Part shown: one piece after another, positions 9,187-18,256 of the stretch
How positions within the stretch are numbered: the stretch's first letter is position 1
How the letters are laid out: the number at the start of each line of letters is the position of its first letter
Virus record (IMG/VR): IMGVR_UViG_3300027804_001810
Location: 10,771 to 74,770 of that record
Length of the DNA: 64,000 nt
Source of the DNA: a virus
Lineage: Duplodnaviria > Caudoviricetes
Direction: 5' to 3' (one strand)
The notes under the pieces: model-generated
The model's input: the letters and a program-made list of their open reading frames with translations, nothing else
Databases searched by the model: none
Told to the model about the DNA's origin: nothing
Position numbers and translations under genes: made by a program

Positions 9187-11010
9187 TTAAGGCACAATTA
9201 GATCTAGTTGTCTCACATCAAATTCTGATGTCTTAATATCTATATGATTTTTAGTGAAGGGAGTTTCGTGCAGATGTGCGTTCTGATATCCAGCTCTGGT
9301 TGGATCTGGCATACTAGGATCAGATCCATCAGTACCAGCAAACACCATAAGTTTTAAACAACCAAGATATTTAAACAGATCAAAAATACCACATGCTTGA
9401 CCAATGATAACCATGTTCTTATGTCTAACAATATAGTCCATTAGATCTTGCAATTCATATTTGTTTAGAGGTTCAGTTCCATCAAAAGTTTTTTGATTTT
9501 TAAACACACCAGTTTTATTAGTCATATTAACAAAAACTCTATAACCCTTCTCTTTCATCTTATCAACAACACTTTGCCAGAAAGTATCTTCCATTTGCCA
9601 ACTATCACCTCTTTCTGGAAATAAAATACAGGTCTTTTCCTCAATATCTTTTTTTGCCTTTAGGTCATAGTCATATGCCTTTTGAAGGACTCCAGTATTT
9701 TGAATGTTGCTACAAAAATCCCAATAATTAAATGGCATGTGCGCCACTTTAAGTTTGCCATAACGATGAGCTTCTGCCATACAACGTGAATCTTGAGGGA
9801 AGAATCCATTACAAGACATCATGATTTCATTTTGATCAAATGGATATCCTGTATTATTCCATATATCTCCATCAGGATACACAACAACTTCCAGACACTT
9901 GTGAGGATATGGGGTATAATTATCTAGAACAAATTTAATTCCATTAAAAACTCTCTTTTGGCAAAGAATCTTATAAGGAACAGGTGAACGAGATTCTAAA
10001 AACATAGTAGCTGCAGTAGCATCTCCCATGCCCCAAGCCATTAGATACCAATTTTCTTTTTCGAAAATTGATCGATCAATGTTCGCAACTTCTTCTTTTG
10101 TTATCTCTCTAACATGTACTGACATTGGTTTTAAAATCTCCTCTAATTTTAGAAATGTTTCTGTTGTTGTTTGCGTATGATAATTAGTTGCATTATATAA
10201 TGTGCGATTATAAAAACACTCTAAATCAGAAACATGAACATTATCTTTTGTTTGGCAAATAAGAATTTTATCCTCATCCAAAACATTTCTGTTTTGCATT
10301 GATATTGCCTGAAAAGCGCCAGAATTCTTAGCTACAATTATATCACAAAAAAGACTAAAATATGCGTTATGAATAATGTCAGACTCATGATTTCCAAAAA
10401 TATTTGGAGTATGAATTACATTATTGTTTAATGGATTAGTACCTTCATTGTTTGTATAGTAAAAATCATATTCTGGAAGTAAACCAGCAATCCTATCAAT
10501 TTTGGGTATCCAGTCTTCATTATCAGTTTGCCCAGATCTTCCTTTAATATTCACAAAAAGAACTTTTTTACGTGAATTATTTTTAAGGATATCAATTGAA
10601 TTTAGAGAATGTTTATCTAAAATTGATTCAAAATCAAAATTCAATCCAAGATCGTCAGGAATTTTTATATCAAAATTATTTTTTTCAAAAACATACTTCC
10701 AGAAATATTTTTGATTGGATACCATATCATATGGATATAGAATCTTAAGAGCTTCTGCACCATCAACATATAAATGATGATAAGATCGATCCCCAAACCA
10801 AGTAGGGATATTAATATCCCCACATAAAGTATTGGTTGGATTTAAATTTGGTACTGTCTTTAAAAATATTTCTGGAATAATAGTTCCATCTCCACCACGA
10901 ACATATTGATAATATTCATTGTCTGGATATTTTTCTATTAATAGATTAAGAAATGGAATCGTTAAAATAAAATCACCAAGATGACCTTCAGTATAAAAAC
11001 ATACTTTCAT
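9187..11010 (-). CDS. Two-domain glycosyltransferase-like hypothetical protein (607 aa)
   Basis: Two GT9-like starts, GHLGDFILTIPFL and WGMGDATAATMFL; internal Met at the apparent junction. Confidence 0.5.
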   Translation of the reverse strand: MKVCFYTEGHLGDFILTIPFLNLLIEKYPDNEYYQYVRGGDGTIIPEIFLKTVPNLNPTNTLCGDINIPTWFGDRSYHHLYVDGAEALKILYPYDMVSNQKYFWKYVFEKNNFDIKIPDDLGLNFDFESILDKHSLNSIDILKNNSRKKVLFVNIKGRSGQTDNEDWIPKIDRIAGLLPEYDFYYTNNEGTNPLNNNVIHTPNIFGNHESDIIHNAYFSLFCDIIVAKNSGAFQAISMQNRNVLDEDKILICQTKDNVHVSDLECFYNRTLYNATNYHTQTTTETFLKLEEILKPMSVHVREITKEEVANIDRSIFEKENWYLMAWGMGDATAATMFLESRSPVPYKILCQKRVFNGIKFVLDNYTPYPHKCLEVVVYPDGDIWNNTGYPFDQNEIMMSCNGFFPQDSRCMAEAHRYGKLKVAHMPFNYWDFCSNIQNTGVLQKAYDYDLKAKKDIEEKTCILFPERGDSWQMEDTFWQSVVDKMKEKGYRVFVNMTNKTGVFKNQKTFDGTEPLNKYELQDLMDYIVRHKNMVIIGQACGIFDLFKYLGCLKLMVFAGTDGSDPSMPDPTRAGYQNAHLHETPFTKNHIDIKTSEFDVRQLDLIVP

Positions 11011-11011
11011 A

Positions 11012-12100
11012 TCAAACAGGATGATACATTACAGTATCCTTATAGACTTGAGCGTTAATCCACTCATATGTTTTACGAATTCCTTCTTCAAGAGTTTGAG
11101 AATAATCCCAACCTAGTTTCTCACGAATAAGATCGTTGTTTGAATTACGACCACGAACTCCAAGAGGACCATTAATGTGCTTCTTAGTGATTTCTTTTCC
11201 TGCAACTTTAGCAGCAGTATCTGCAAGAGTATTAATCGTAACCATTTCTTCAGATCCAATATTAACAGGACCGATAAACTCAGATTCCATTAAACGTCGA
11301 GTCGCTTCAATACATTCATCAATGTAAAGGAATGAACGTGTTTGCTCACCATCACCCCAGATTTCAACTTCACCACCACCAGGAGGAAGTTCAGCAACCT
11401 TACGACACATAGCAGCAGGAGACTTTTCTCTGCCGCCAGTCCAAGTGCCTTCTGGACCAAAAATATTGTGGTAGCGAGCAATTCTTACAGGAATTTTGTG
11501 ATTTCGGTTGTAAGCGAGGAACATACGCTCAGAGAACAACTTCTCCCAACCATATTCAGAATCAGGTCCAGCAGGATAAGCATCGCTCTCTTTTAGTCCT
11601 GGATTGTTTACATCCATCTGTGCATACTCTGGATACATGCAAGCAGAAGAAGAATAGAAGATTTGAGTTTTATTTTGATCTTTAAGTTGATTCAGTTCTT
11701 TTTGACATTCAAGAACATTCAGATTAATTTGAATAGAATTGTGCATAATTTCTGCATCATTCTCACCACTGAAAACAAATCCAGCACCACCCATATCAGC
11801 AGCGAACTGATAAATCTCATCAAAAGGTTCTACAAATTTATCAATAACTGAATGATAATAATTTCCCTGATATCCAGCAAAACGAACACAGCGTTTAACA
11901 GTATCAAGATCTCTCAAATCACCTTGAATGAATTCATCTGCTGCCGTTTCAGAATATTCGGGGCGTTTAAGATCTACACCACGCACCCAATATCCTTCGC
12001 TTTTAAGTCTACGCACCATATGACTTCCGATAAAGCCACCAGCGCCACACACAAGAGCAGTTTTTTGTCTTGTTGTCATATTAGTTAACCTCTGTTGCAA
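11012..12100 (-). CDS. GDP-mannose 3,5-epimerase-like NAD-dependent epimerase
   Basis: GAGGFIG, FAADMGGAGF, YSSSACMYP, YGWEK, RYHNIFGPEG and WGDGEQTRSF. Confidence 0.85.
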   Translation of the reverse strand: MQQRLTNMTTRQKTALVCGAGGFIGSHMVRRLKSEGYWVRGVDLKRPEYSETAADEFIQGDLRDLDTVKRCVRFAGYQGNYYHSVIDKFVEPFDEIYQFAADMGGAGFVFSGENDAEIMHNSIQINLNVLECQKELNQLKDQNKTQIFYSSSACMYPEYAQMDVNNPGLKESDAYPAGPDSEYGWEKLFSERMFLAYNRNHKIPVRIARYHNIFGPEGTWTGGREKSPAAMCRKVAELPPGGGEVEIWGDGEQTRSFLYIDECIEATRRLMESEFIGPVNIGSEEMVTINTLADTAAKVAGKEITKKHINGPLGVRGRNSNNDLIREKLGWDYSQTLEEGIRKTYEWINAQVYKDTVMYHPV

Positions 12101-12115
12101 ATTAATCTATGTATA

Positions 12116-13273
12116 TTATACACCCATAAGGGTAATAAGTCTATTGATCTGGCGCTTCGTCACAAACTGACTGTTGCCAACATATAGTCCATTGTTATGA
12201 AGAATAGAAACATTTGAAACTTCTTTATTAGTGCAAAGTTTATACTTCTTAAACGCAGGATGTAAAAGTAGATTCCCACTAATAATAGGACGATACTCGA
12301 TGCCATTCGACTTTAATTTTTCTTTAAGTTCTGCACATGCAGATTGACTTTTAGAAATAATTGGGAAAGAAAAGCTACTATTACCTTTTTGATATTCAGG
12401 AATCAAATAGTCTTCGGATTTATAAATTTCATCCCACCAGTATTTAAAGTTTTCTCTACGAATACTAATATTTTTATCTAACTTTTTGATTTGAGATAAT
12501 CCAAGGACAGCGCAGACTTCATGATTCCTAAAATTATACCCATCCGTCATAAACAAAAATGCAGGATCAATATTAGGATTTTGTTTTCTGTAAACTTCAA
12601 AAACTTCTTTAGATGCTTCACGCGCCATACCATGACTACGCTTCATACGCATTAGTTCATAAAGTTCAGTATTGTTTGTGCAAACAACACCACCTTCAAT
12701 CGTTGTAATATGATGCCCAAAATAAAAGCTAAAGGTAGATCCAATAGAATCAACTCCACGCTTTTTCCCATTACGATCTTCAACTCCATGAGATTCGCAA
12801 ACATCTTCTAGGATAAGAGCATTTGGAAAAATCTCACGAACTTTTTCTACATTTGAAGAAAGACCAATCAAATGAGTGATAAAAACTGCCTTAATATCTG
12901 GATGTTGAGTTGCAATATATTTTAACTCATCAATATCAAAAGAAAAATTCTTTAAGTTAATATCACAAAAAATTGGTTTCAATCCAGCCTGAATGATAGG
13001 GGCAACATTAGTCATCCAAGTAGTGGCAGGAACTAATACCTTATCATTGTTCTTCAACTTATAAAGTTCCTTTACTGCAGAAACTAAAAGTGAATTTGCA
13101 GTAGATCCACTAGAAACGTAGAGAGAGTGTTTAACACCTAACCACTCCGACCATTCCTTCTCAAATTGACGAACCTTTGGTCCGTTAGTTAACCTGCTAC
13201 TTGTCAAAATAAAAGCAGCCATTTTAATACGATCACTTAAGGTAATCGTATCTTTCATTAAAGGCCAATACAT
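12116..13273 (-). CDS. colD: GDP-4-keto-6-deoxymannose 3-dehydratase (ColD-like, DegT family)
   Basis: VSSGSTAN and EDVCESHG; SFYFGHHITTIEGG with His at the catalytic position; no Fe-S Cys cluster; next to gmd. Confidence 0.75.
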   Translation of the reverse strand: MYWPLMKDTITLSDRIKMAAFILTSSRLTNGPKVRQFEKEWSEWLGVKHSLYVSSGSTANSLLVSAVKELYKLKNNDKVLVPATTWMTNVAPIIQAGLKPIFCDINLKNFSFDIDELKYIATQHPDIKAVFITHLIGLSSNVEKVREIFPNALILEDVCESHGVEDRNGKKRGVDSIGSTFSFYFGHHITTIEGGVVCTNNTELYELMRMKRSHGMAREASKEVFEVYRKQNPNIDPAFLFMTDGYNFRNHEVCAVLGLSQIKKLDKNISIRRENFKYWWDEIYKSEDYLIPEYQKGNSSFSFPIISKSQSACAELKEKLKSNGIEYRPIISGNLLLHPAFKKYKLCTNKEVSNVSILHNNGLYVGNSQFVTKRQINRLITLMGV

Positions 13274-13290
13274 TTAAGTTCCTCCAAACA

Positions 13291-14298
13291 TCAAAATTTT
13301 ATCTCATTGAGACACATATCTCTCACCAGTTCATCAAATGAAATCTTTGGCTCCCAACCAAGTTTATTTCTAGCTTTAGATGAATCACCAACAAGAGTAT
13401 CAACTTCAGAAGGTCTGAAGTACTTATCACTTACACGAATTACAACCTGATCGCTATTAGTATCGATACCAATCTCATCAAGACCTTCACCTTCCCACAC
13501 AATATTCATGCCAAAGTATGGGGCACATTTTTCAACAAATTCACGAACAGAATGTTGCTCTTCAGTTGCGATTACATAATCATCAGGTTCATCTTGCTGA
13601 AGCATTAACCACATTGCCTCAACAAAATCCTTTGCATGTCCCCAATCACGCTTTGCATTCAGATTTCCTAGAGGTAGATACTCAAGCAAACCAGATTTAA
13701 CTTTGGATAATCCAATTGAAATCTTACGTGTTACAAAAGTTTCTCCACGACGAGGAGATTCATGGTTGAAAAGAATTCCAGAACTAGCATGAATCCCCAT
13801 GGATTCCCTATAGTTTTTTGTAATCCAGTGCCCATAAAGTTTTGCCACACCATAAGGTGAGCGAGGATAAAATGGTGTCGTTTCTCTCTGAGGAATTTCC
13901 TGAACCATACCAAACATCTCAGAAGTAGACGCTTGATAGAAGCGCACATTCTTATCCATTCCAAGAATACAAAGACTATGGAGAATACGAACAGCACCTA
14001 GGGCATCTACTTCTGCAGTATAAGCAGGCATTTGAAAAGACACTTTTACATGACTTTGTGCTGCAAGATTATAAATCTCTGTTGGTTCAACTTCCTGAAC
14101 TACATGAAGAATATTTGTAGAATCTGTTAGATCAGCATGATGAAGAATCACATCTTGAGACAAATGATCAATTCTAGTATTGTTAATTGTTGAACTCCTT
14201 CTTATAGTCCCATGGACTTCATATCCCTTTTGAAGGAGGAGTTCAGCAAGATAAGATCCGTCTTGCCCAGTTATTCCAGTTATTAAAGCTCTTTTCAT
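13291..14298 (-). CDS. gmd: GDP-mannose 4,6-dehydratase
   Basis: [39 protein letters not shown] and [19 protein letters not shown]. Confidence 0.97.
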   Translation of the reverse strand: MKRALITGITGQDGSYLAELLLQKGYEVHGTIRRSSTINNTRIDHLSQDVILHHADLTDSTNILHVVQEVEPTEIYNLAAQSHVKVSFQMPAYTAEVDALGAVRILHSLCILGMDKNVRFYQASTSEMFGMVQEIPQRETTPFYPRSPYGVAKLYGHWITKNYRESMGIHASSGILFNHESPRRGETFVTRKISIGLSKVKSGLLEYLPLGNLNAKRDWGHAKDFVEAMWLMLQQDEPDDYVIATEEQHSVREFVEKCAPYFGMNIVWEGEGLDEIGIDTNSDQVVIRVSDKYFRPSEVDTLVGDSSKARNKLGWEPKISFDELVRDMCLNEIKF

Positions 14299-14344
14299 AT
14301 AGAATGATTACTATAGGTATTAATTGTACCACATTTATACTTGT

Positions 14345-15211
14345 TTAGTCAATAGCAATTGATTTCAAATACTTTCCATATCCACTTTTTGCAAAAGTAT
14401 CAGCGAGTTCTAAAAGTTGATCCTTTGTAATCCACTTTTTTCTATATGCAATTTCTTCTGGGCATGATATTTTTTTACCTTGAATTTTTTCAACTGTTGA
14501 AATAAAATTCGATGCCATCAGCAGAGAATCAAAAGTACCAGCATCAATCCATGCCATTCCTCTACAAAGTGGAATTACATTAAGATCATTGTTATTAAGA
14601 TATATTTTATTCAAATCAGTAATTTCTAATTCTCCTCTTGGAGACTCAACGATTTCTTTAGCATAATTAACAACTCTATTATCATAGAAATAAATTCCAA
14701 CTACCGCCCTGTTTGATTTTGGATCTTTTGGTTTTTCTTCTATAGAAATAACTTTATTATCCCTATCCGATTCTATAACACCAAATCTATGAGGATCTTG
14801 AACTTCGTATGAAAGAATTGTTGCTCCACTATTTTCTTGGCACAATTTTAAAACTTTAGTTAATTCATTGCCATACAAAATATTATCACCAAGAATCAAA
14901 CAAACATTATCATTTCCAATAAATTCTTCCGCAATTAAGAATGCTTCTGATATACCTTTTGGCTCAAACTGAACATCATAGACAATATGAATTCCCCATT
15001 GAGATCCATCACCTAAAAGTTCCATAAACTGATTGATATATTCTGGGGTAGAGATGATTAAGATCTCTTTGATTCCCGCAAGCATTAAAGTACTAATAGG
15101 ATAGTAAATAAGAGGTTTATCATATACATTTAAAAGTTGTTTAGATACAACTAATGAAGATGGATATAATCTTGTTCCTTGACCACCAGCCAATATAATT
15201 CCTTTGTACAT
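14345..15211 (-). CDS. rmlA: Glucose-1-phosphate thymidylyltransferase
   Basis: KGIILAGGQGTRLYP, SKQLL.VYDKP, SPRGELEITD and WIDAGT. Confidence 0.95.
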   Translation of the reverse strand: MYKGIILAGGQGTRLYPSSLVVSKQLLNVYDKPLIYYPISTLMLAGIKEILIISTPEYINQFMELLGDGSQWGIHIVYDVQFEPKGISEAFLIAEEFIGNDNVCLILGDNILYGNELTKVLKLCQENSGATILSYEVQDPHRFGVIESDRDNKVISIEEKPKDPKSNRAVVGIYFYDNRVVNYAKEIVESPRGELEITDLNKIYLNNNDLNVIPLCRGMAWIDAGTFDSLLMASNFISTVEKIQGKKISCPEEIAYRKKWITKDQLLELADTFAKSGYGKYLKSIAID

Positions 15212-15234
15212 ATAATCTGGTAAGTGTATTTTTA

Positions 15235-15263
15235 ATTATACTAAAAAAGGAGAGTTTATGCAA
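15235..15263 (-). promoter_or_regulatory. Sigma70-type (early) promoter for the glycan cluster
   Basis: TTGCAT(15263-15258)-N17-TATAAT(15240-15235), 24 nt upstream of the rmlA ATG. Confidence 0.65.
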
Positions 15264-15269
15264 CTCTCC
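15243..15269 (-). terminator. Rho-independent terminator
   Basis: GGAGAGTT-GCATA-AACTCTCC followed by T6. Confidence 0.85.
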
Positions 15270-15425
15270 CATTAGGTCTTTCATGCACGCCACCAATTCT
15301 TTGACTGGAAATTGGAAACCAGGCGGGAGAGAGTCCCATCCGCACCACTTGCTTTTGAGAAAAGCAAGAAAACAATAGGGTCATATTGACTCCACCACTT
15401 GGTTTTAGGAAACCAAGAAAAGTTG
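15270..15425 (-). ncRNA. manA-like structured RNA (3-prime part)
   Basis: Three tandem modules: CTTGGTTTCCTAAAACCAAGTGGTGGAGTC, CTTGCTTTTCTCAAAAGCAAGTGGTGCGGATGGG and GGTTTCCAATTTCCAGTCAAAGAATTGGTGGCG. They resemble my recollection of the cyanophage manA motif and lie upstream of sugar-nucleotide genes. Confidence 0.6.
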
Positions 15426-15632
15426 GGTTAACTTTGATATCTCGGTAATACCAAAGAATGCGATTAAAAATAACACATCCCAAAGTTTGAGTTTGATGGC
15501 AAAAGGAATACCGAGCAGTCCCCCGATAAACTTGATTGCCAAACCACTTTTAAAATCTCCCCACAACATGATTTGATAACCAAGTAAAAGGAGAAAGTTC
15601 CCGATGTATCTCAGGATACTTGTTTTAGACAT
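15405..15632 (-). CDS. Small hydrophobic (membrane) cyanophage hypothetical protein
   Basis: 75 aa, two to three hydrophobic segments. Confidence 0.7.
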   Translation of the reverse strand: MSKTSILRYIGNFLLLLGYQIMLWGDFKSGLAIKFIGGLLGIPFAIKLKLWDVLFLIAFFGITEISKLTQLFLVS

Positions 15633-15658
15633 AAGGGGTTTGCTCCCGACCAGTGCTG

Positions 15659-15913
15659 TTATAGACCATCCGTGTCTTCTTCATCGCCTCTCACATAACA
15701 AGGTACTCTATCTGGATCTAACCATTTCGCATACTCAATATCCTCCATTGCAGTAGAACATTGTAAAACATTATCAAAAAGATAAATGTCATTCCAGCGT
15801 TTGGTATAGTAATTTTGCTTTTGTAAGCGATAATCGGGTTTGCCGTTTATCTCAAGGATACCTGCCTCAACGAAACGGTATCCTTCACGTTCCAGAAGAA
15901 CTTTGGTTTTCAT
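15659..15913 (-). CDS. Conserved cyanophage hypothetical protein
   Basis: ORF coupled to the upstream gene (ATGA overlap). Confidence 0.75.
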   Translation of the reverse strand: MKTKVLLEREGYRFVEAGILEINGKPDYRLQKQNYYTKRWNDIYLFDNVLQCSTAMEDIEYAKWLDPDRVPCYVRGDEEDTDGL

Positions 15914-16125
15914 GCAACCTCAATAGTTTCAAGATCACTTGCGATATACTCCATAAGCATTTCGTAATCGTCAAGGGGGTCACCAGAAAATACGACACCT
16001 TCATTTTCATAAAAGCGACGAACCTTTTTATAAAGTTTCGGATTCTTTACATCAAGGTAGATTTCCCCGTTAGCAGCAAGACGAAGAGTGCTAACATCTT
16101 TCTTGAATTTTTGGATCAGAGACAT
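15910..16125 (-). CDS. Conserved cyanophage hypothetical protein (early)
   Basis: Start MSLIQKFKK at 16125, just downstream of a consensus sigma70 promoter. Confidence 0.75.
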   Translation of the reverse strand: MSLIQKFKKDVSTLRLAANGEIYLDVKNPKLYKKVRRFYENEGVVFSGDPLDDYEMLMEYIASDLETIEVA

Positions 16126-16147
16126 TGTTTTGTTTGTTGACCTAGTT

Positions 16148-16176
16148 ATTATAAGTGGTTTAGACTTGTGTGTCAA
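16148..16176 (-). promoter_or_regulatory. Consensus sigma70 early promoter
   Basis: TTGACA(16176-16171)-N17-TATAAT(16153-16148). Confidence 0.85.
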
Positions 16177-16200
16177 GTGTGCCAGTGAAGTAACTGGCAA

Positions 16201-16274
16201 TCGGGGTGAAAGGATTCGAACCTTCGACCTCCCGCTCCCAAAGCGGATGCGCTACCAAACTGCGCTACACCCCG
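16201..16274 (-). tRNA. trnP: tRNA-Pro(UGG)
   Basis: Cloverleaf CGGGGTG acceptor, anticodon loop TTTGGGA, T-loop TTCGAAT. Confidence 0.95.
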
Positions 16275-16285
16275 TTATGATAAAT

Positions 16286-16597
16286 TTACTTATCACTAAT
16301 TGATGCAATCTCGTAAGAACCAGATTCCTCAATATCTGTTAATTCTACCACAGGTCCATCACCTTTGGCAACCATGTCTTCCAAAAAATATTTTTTCAAT
16401 TCTCCAATGGACTTTACTACACGCGAATCATTCTCAAACTCCACCCACCATCCAAGTTGCTCATCATAATTAGCATCAAATACAGGTTCAATAACCATAT
16501 GAACTTTATATCCGTGCTTTTTTTCTGCTTCAAAAATTAAATTTGATATTTCAGATTCTATACCAAGATCTGCACTCAATGCTTCAGGATTTAACAT
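16286..16597 (-). CDS. Hypothetical protein, acidic
   Basis: 103-aa ORF in a co-oriented gene string. Confidence 0.6.
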   Translation of the reverse strand: MLNPEALSADLGIESEISNLIFEAEKKHGYKVHMVIEPVFDANYDEQLGWWVEFENDSRVVKSIGELKKYFLEDMVAKGDGPVVELTDIEESGSYEIASISDK

Positions 16598-16600
16598 ATT

Positions 16601-16726
16601 TCAACTTTGTTTTTTTTCTTTATTATGTATAAAAGCAATTCCCATGATTGGAAGAACTATTATACCGAATCCACAAGCTCCTATCCATATTGGACTTGCA
16701 GCAAGCACCTCTACCAAGTGAAACAT
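16601..16726 (-). CDS. Small single-TM peptide (41 aa), not in ORF track
   Basis: MFHLVEVLAASPIWIGACGFGIIVLPIMGIAFIHNKEKKQS; the ATG overlaps the upstream stop. Confidence 0.6.
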   Translation of the reverse strand: MFHLVEVLAASPIWIGACGFGIIVLPIMGIAFIHNKEKKQS

Positions 16727-16947
16727 TAGTACCCCCTCCAAGTCTTAAATTCATAATAAAAATATTGGTCCACTACTCTATCATCTAATGGAGCATTTTC
16801 AGTTCTATGTGCCCACACTTCACAGAATTCTACAATACGGCGATCGTGTAATGAACTATGCCCCCACATTCTTACAAATGCTGATGCTGCGAAATGATAT
16901 CGCTGTCTAATGTGCGGTTCCGTTTCCTTTATACTTCTCGGTATCAT
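16726..16947 (-). CDS. Cyanophage hypothetical protein
   Basis: ORF track; true start may lie downstream of the ndhP overlap. Confidence 0.6.
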   Translation of the reverse strand: MIPRSIKETEPHIRQRYHFAASAFVRMWGHSSLHDRRIVEFCEVWAHRTENAPLDDRVVDQYFYYEFKTWRGY

Positions 16948-17029
16948 AATACCCTCCTTTTGTTCCGAAATAAAGAGTTGTTAATATGAAAGGAATTGAA
17001 ACAAATAAAAGTGCTTTTGCTAATAACAT
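16907..17029 (-). CDS. ndhP: NDH-1L small subunit NdhP homolog (40 aa), not in ORF track
   Basis: MLLAKALLFVSIPFILTTLYFGTKGGYYDTEKYKGNGTAH: a TM helix plus the C-terminal FGT.nG.YDT..Y.GNG.AH signature of cyanobacterial NdhP. The ATG overlaps the PTOX stop (TGATG). Confidence 0.88.
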   Translation of the reverse strand: MLLAKALLFVSIPFILTTLYFGTKGGYYDTEKYKGNGTAH

Positions 17030-17529
17030 CAGACCATCTCCATTGCTCTTGAGAGTTCAATATAGTGATTAATTTCATCCACTGCGATTTCACCTATTCT
17101 GGCGTCTTCTGGATGATCCCAGAAGTAGTTTAGATAGGTCTCAGTGGCGTGATACTCAATACCTGCGTTCAGGTGATAAGCAGAGACAGGAGCAATAAAG
17201 TAATAACCCACCAGAATCCAATAATAGATGAGAACCAAGTGATAAGCAATAAAGCGGTCATACCAACGGTCGGCACCACCACGCCTTTCCATTTCGATGA
17301 GATGTTCGGTTTCATTGAGTGTTTGTGCAAAGTGTTCTTTCATTAAGTAGTAGTGTGATAGATCTCTGAGTCCTAGTGATTCTTTGAGATGTAGCACACT
17401 TACAAAAGCAAAGTATGGTGCTCTGGCAATTGTTTCCAGAACCCAGAATCTTTGTATGGGTAAATCACGATACAGAAAGTCAATGATTGATATCGTGACT
17501 AATAGAATTGTACCGTTGATTTTTTTCAT
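17029..17529 (-). CDS. ptox: Plastoquinol terminal oxidase (AOX family)
   Basis: Di-iron ligands in ETIARAPY, NETEHL, EYHATETY and DEINH. Confidence 0.92.
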   Translation of the reverse strand: MKKINGTILLVTISIIDFLYRDLPIQRFWVLETIARAPYFAFVSVLHLKESLGLRDLSHYYLMKEHFAQTLNETEHLIEMERRGGADRWYDRFIAYHLVLIYYWILVGYYFIAPVSAYHLNAGIEYHATETYLNYFWDHPEDARIGEIAVDEINHYIELSRAMEMV

Positions 17530-17741
17530 AAAAATACACCTGGTTTGTAATCTACTAACTTTTGAATCTCATCCAGAAGTGCTCCATACTCCCTGAATCT
17601 TCTATCTCCAGCAATAAAATGCCTTTGTCTTGTCCAGACTGCATCTGCTAAGAGTTTGAGTTCATATTCTGATAATCCGTTAAATCTTTCCATATCATCC
17701 CCTATTGTGGATATGCGTGTGTAAGACCCCACCAAATCCAC
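17526..17741 (-). CDS. Cyanophage hypothetical protein
   Basis: ORF track; probable start MERFNG. Confidence 0.6.
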   Translation of the reverse strand: MDLVGSYTRISTIGDDMERFNGLSEYELKLLADAVWTRQRHFIAGDRRFREYGALLDEIQKLVDYKPGVFL

Positions 17742-17786
17742 AGCCCCATAATTGAACTATAGAGAAGTGTTGTAAAGAAAAGCGTT

Positions 17787-18077
17787 TTAAACATCTTCCT
17801 CATCCTCGTAAGTTGAAGGTTCTTCAAATAATTCGTCTATCTTCTGCTGTAAAACTCTTTTTTGGAGTTCTTCTAAATCTTCTTCCGTAATTCTAAGCAC
17901 AAGTAATGGATCTCCTGCCTTAACGTCGTTCATTTCTGGATGCTTCACTTTTGGACTTTTTGAATATCCGTGATGAGCATTCATAATCATCCAACCTTGT
18001 ACAAACATTGATATGGCAATCCCTACAAGAACAAACCAAGGAACCAAAAAGATTAGTTCAGAGTGATTTTGAGCCAT
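17787..18077 (-). CDS. DUF2973-like membrane protein
   Basis: N-terminal TM followed by KHPEMND..G.PLLV. Confidence 0.6.
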   Translation of the reverse strand: MAQNHSELIFLVPWFVLVGIAISMFVQGWMIMNAHHGYSKSPKVKHPEMNDVKAGDPLLVLRITEEDLEELQKRVLQQKIDELFEEPSTYEDEEDV

Positions 18078-18256
18078 GGTAGAAGTGGCGGAATAACTCC
18101 AACCAACCTTAAAAGTCCCTCAGCAAATAAAGCAAGAACCACCCAACCGACGCACATGCTAATGATAGAAGCATTACGGTTGTGTCGTCGTATAGCAGCA
18201 TCAATCATCTCCTGAACTTCAGAACGAGTTACCAATTCTTCTTGTTCGTGCATCAT
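18053..18256 (-). CDS. Conserved cyanophage small membrane protein
   Basis: EVQEMIDAAIRRHNRNA plus a TM segment. Confidence 0.7.
   Translation of the reverse strand: MMHEQEELVTRSEVQEMIDAAIRRHNRNASIISMCVGWVVLALFAEGLLRLVGVIPPLLPWLKITLN

Noticed and set aside
16191-16200. Encoded CCA after tRNA-Pro
   Set aside because: CCA is separated from the discriminator by TTG, so it is not a tRNA 3-prime end.
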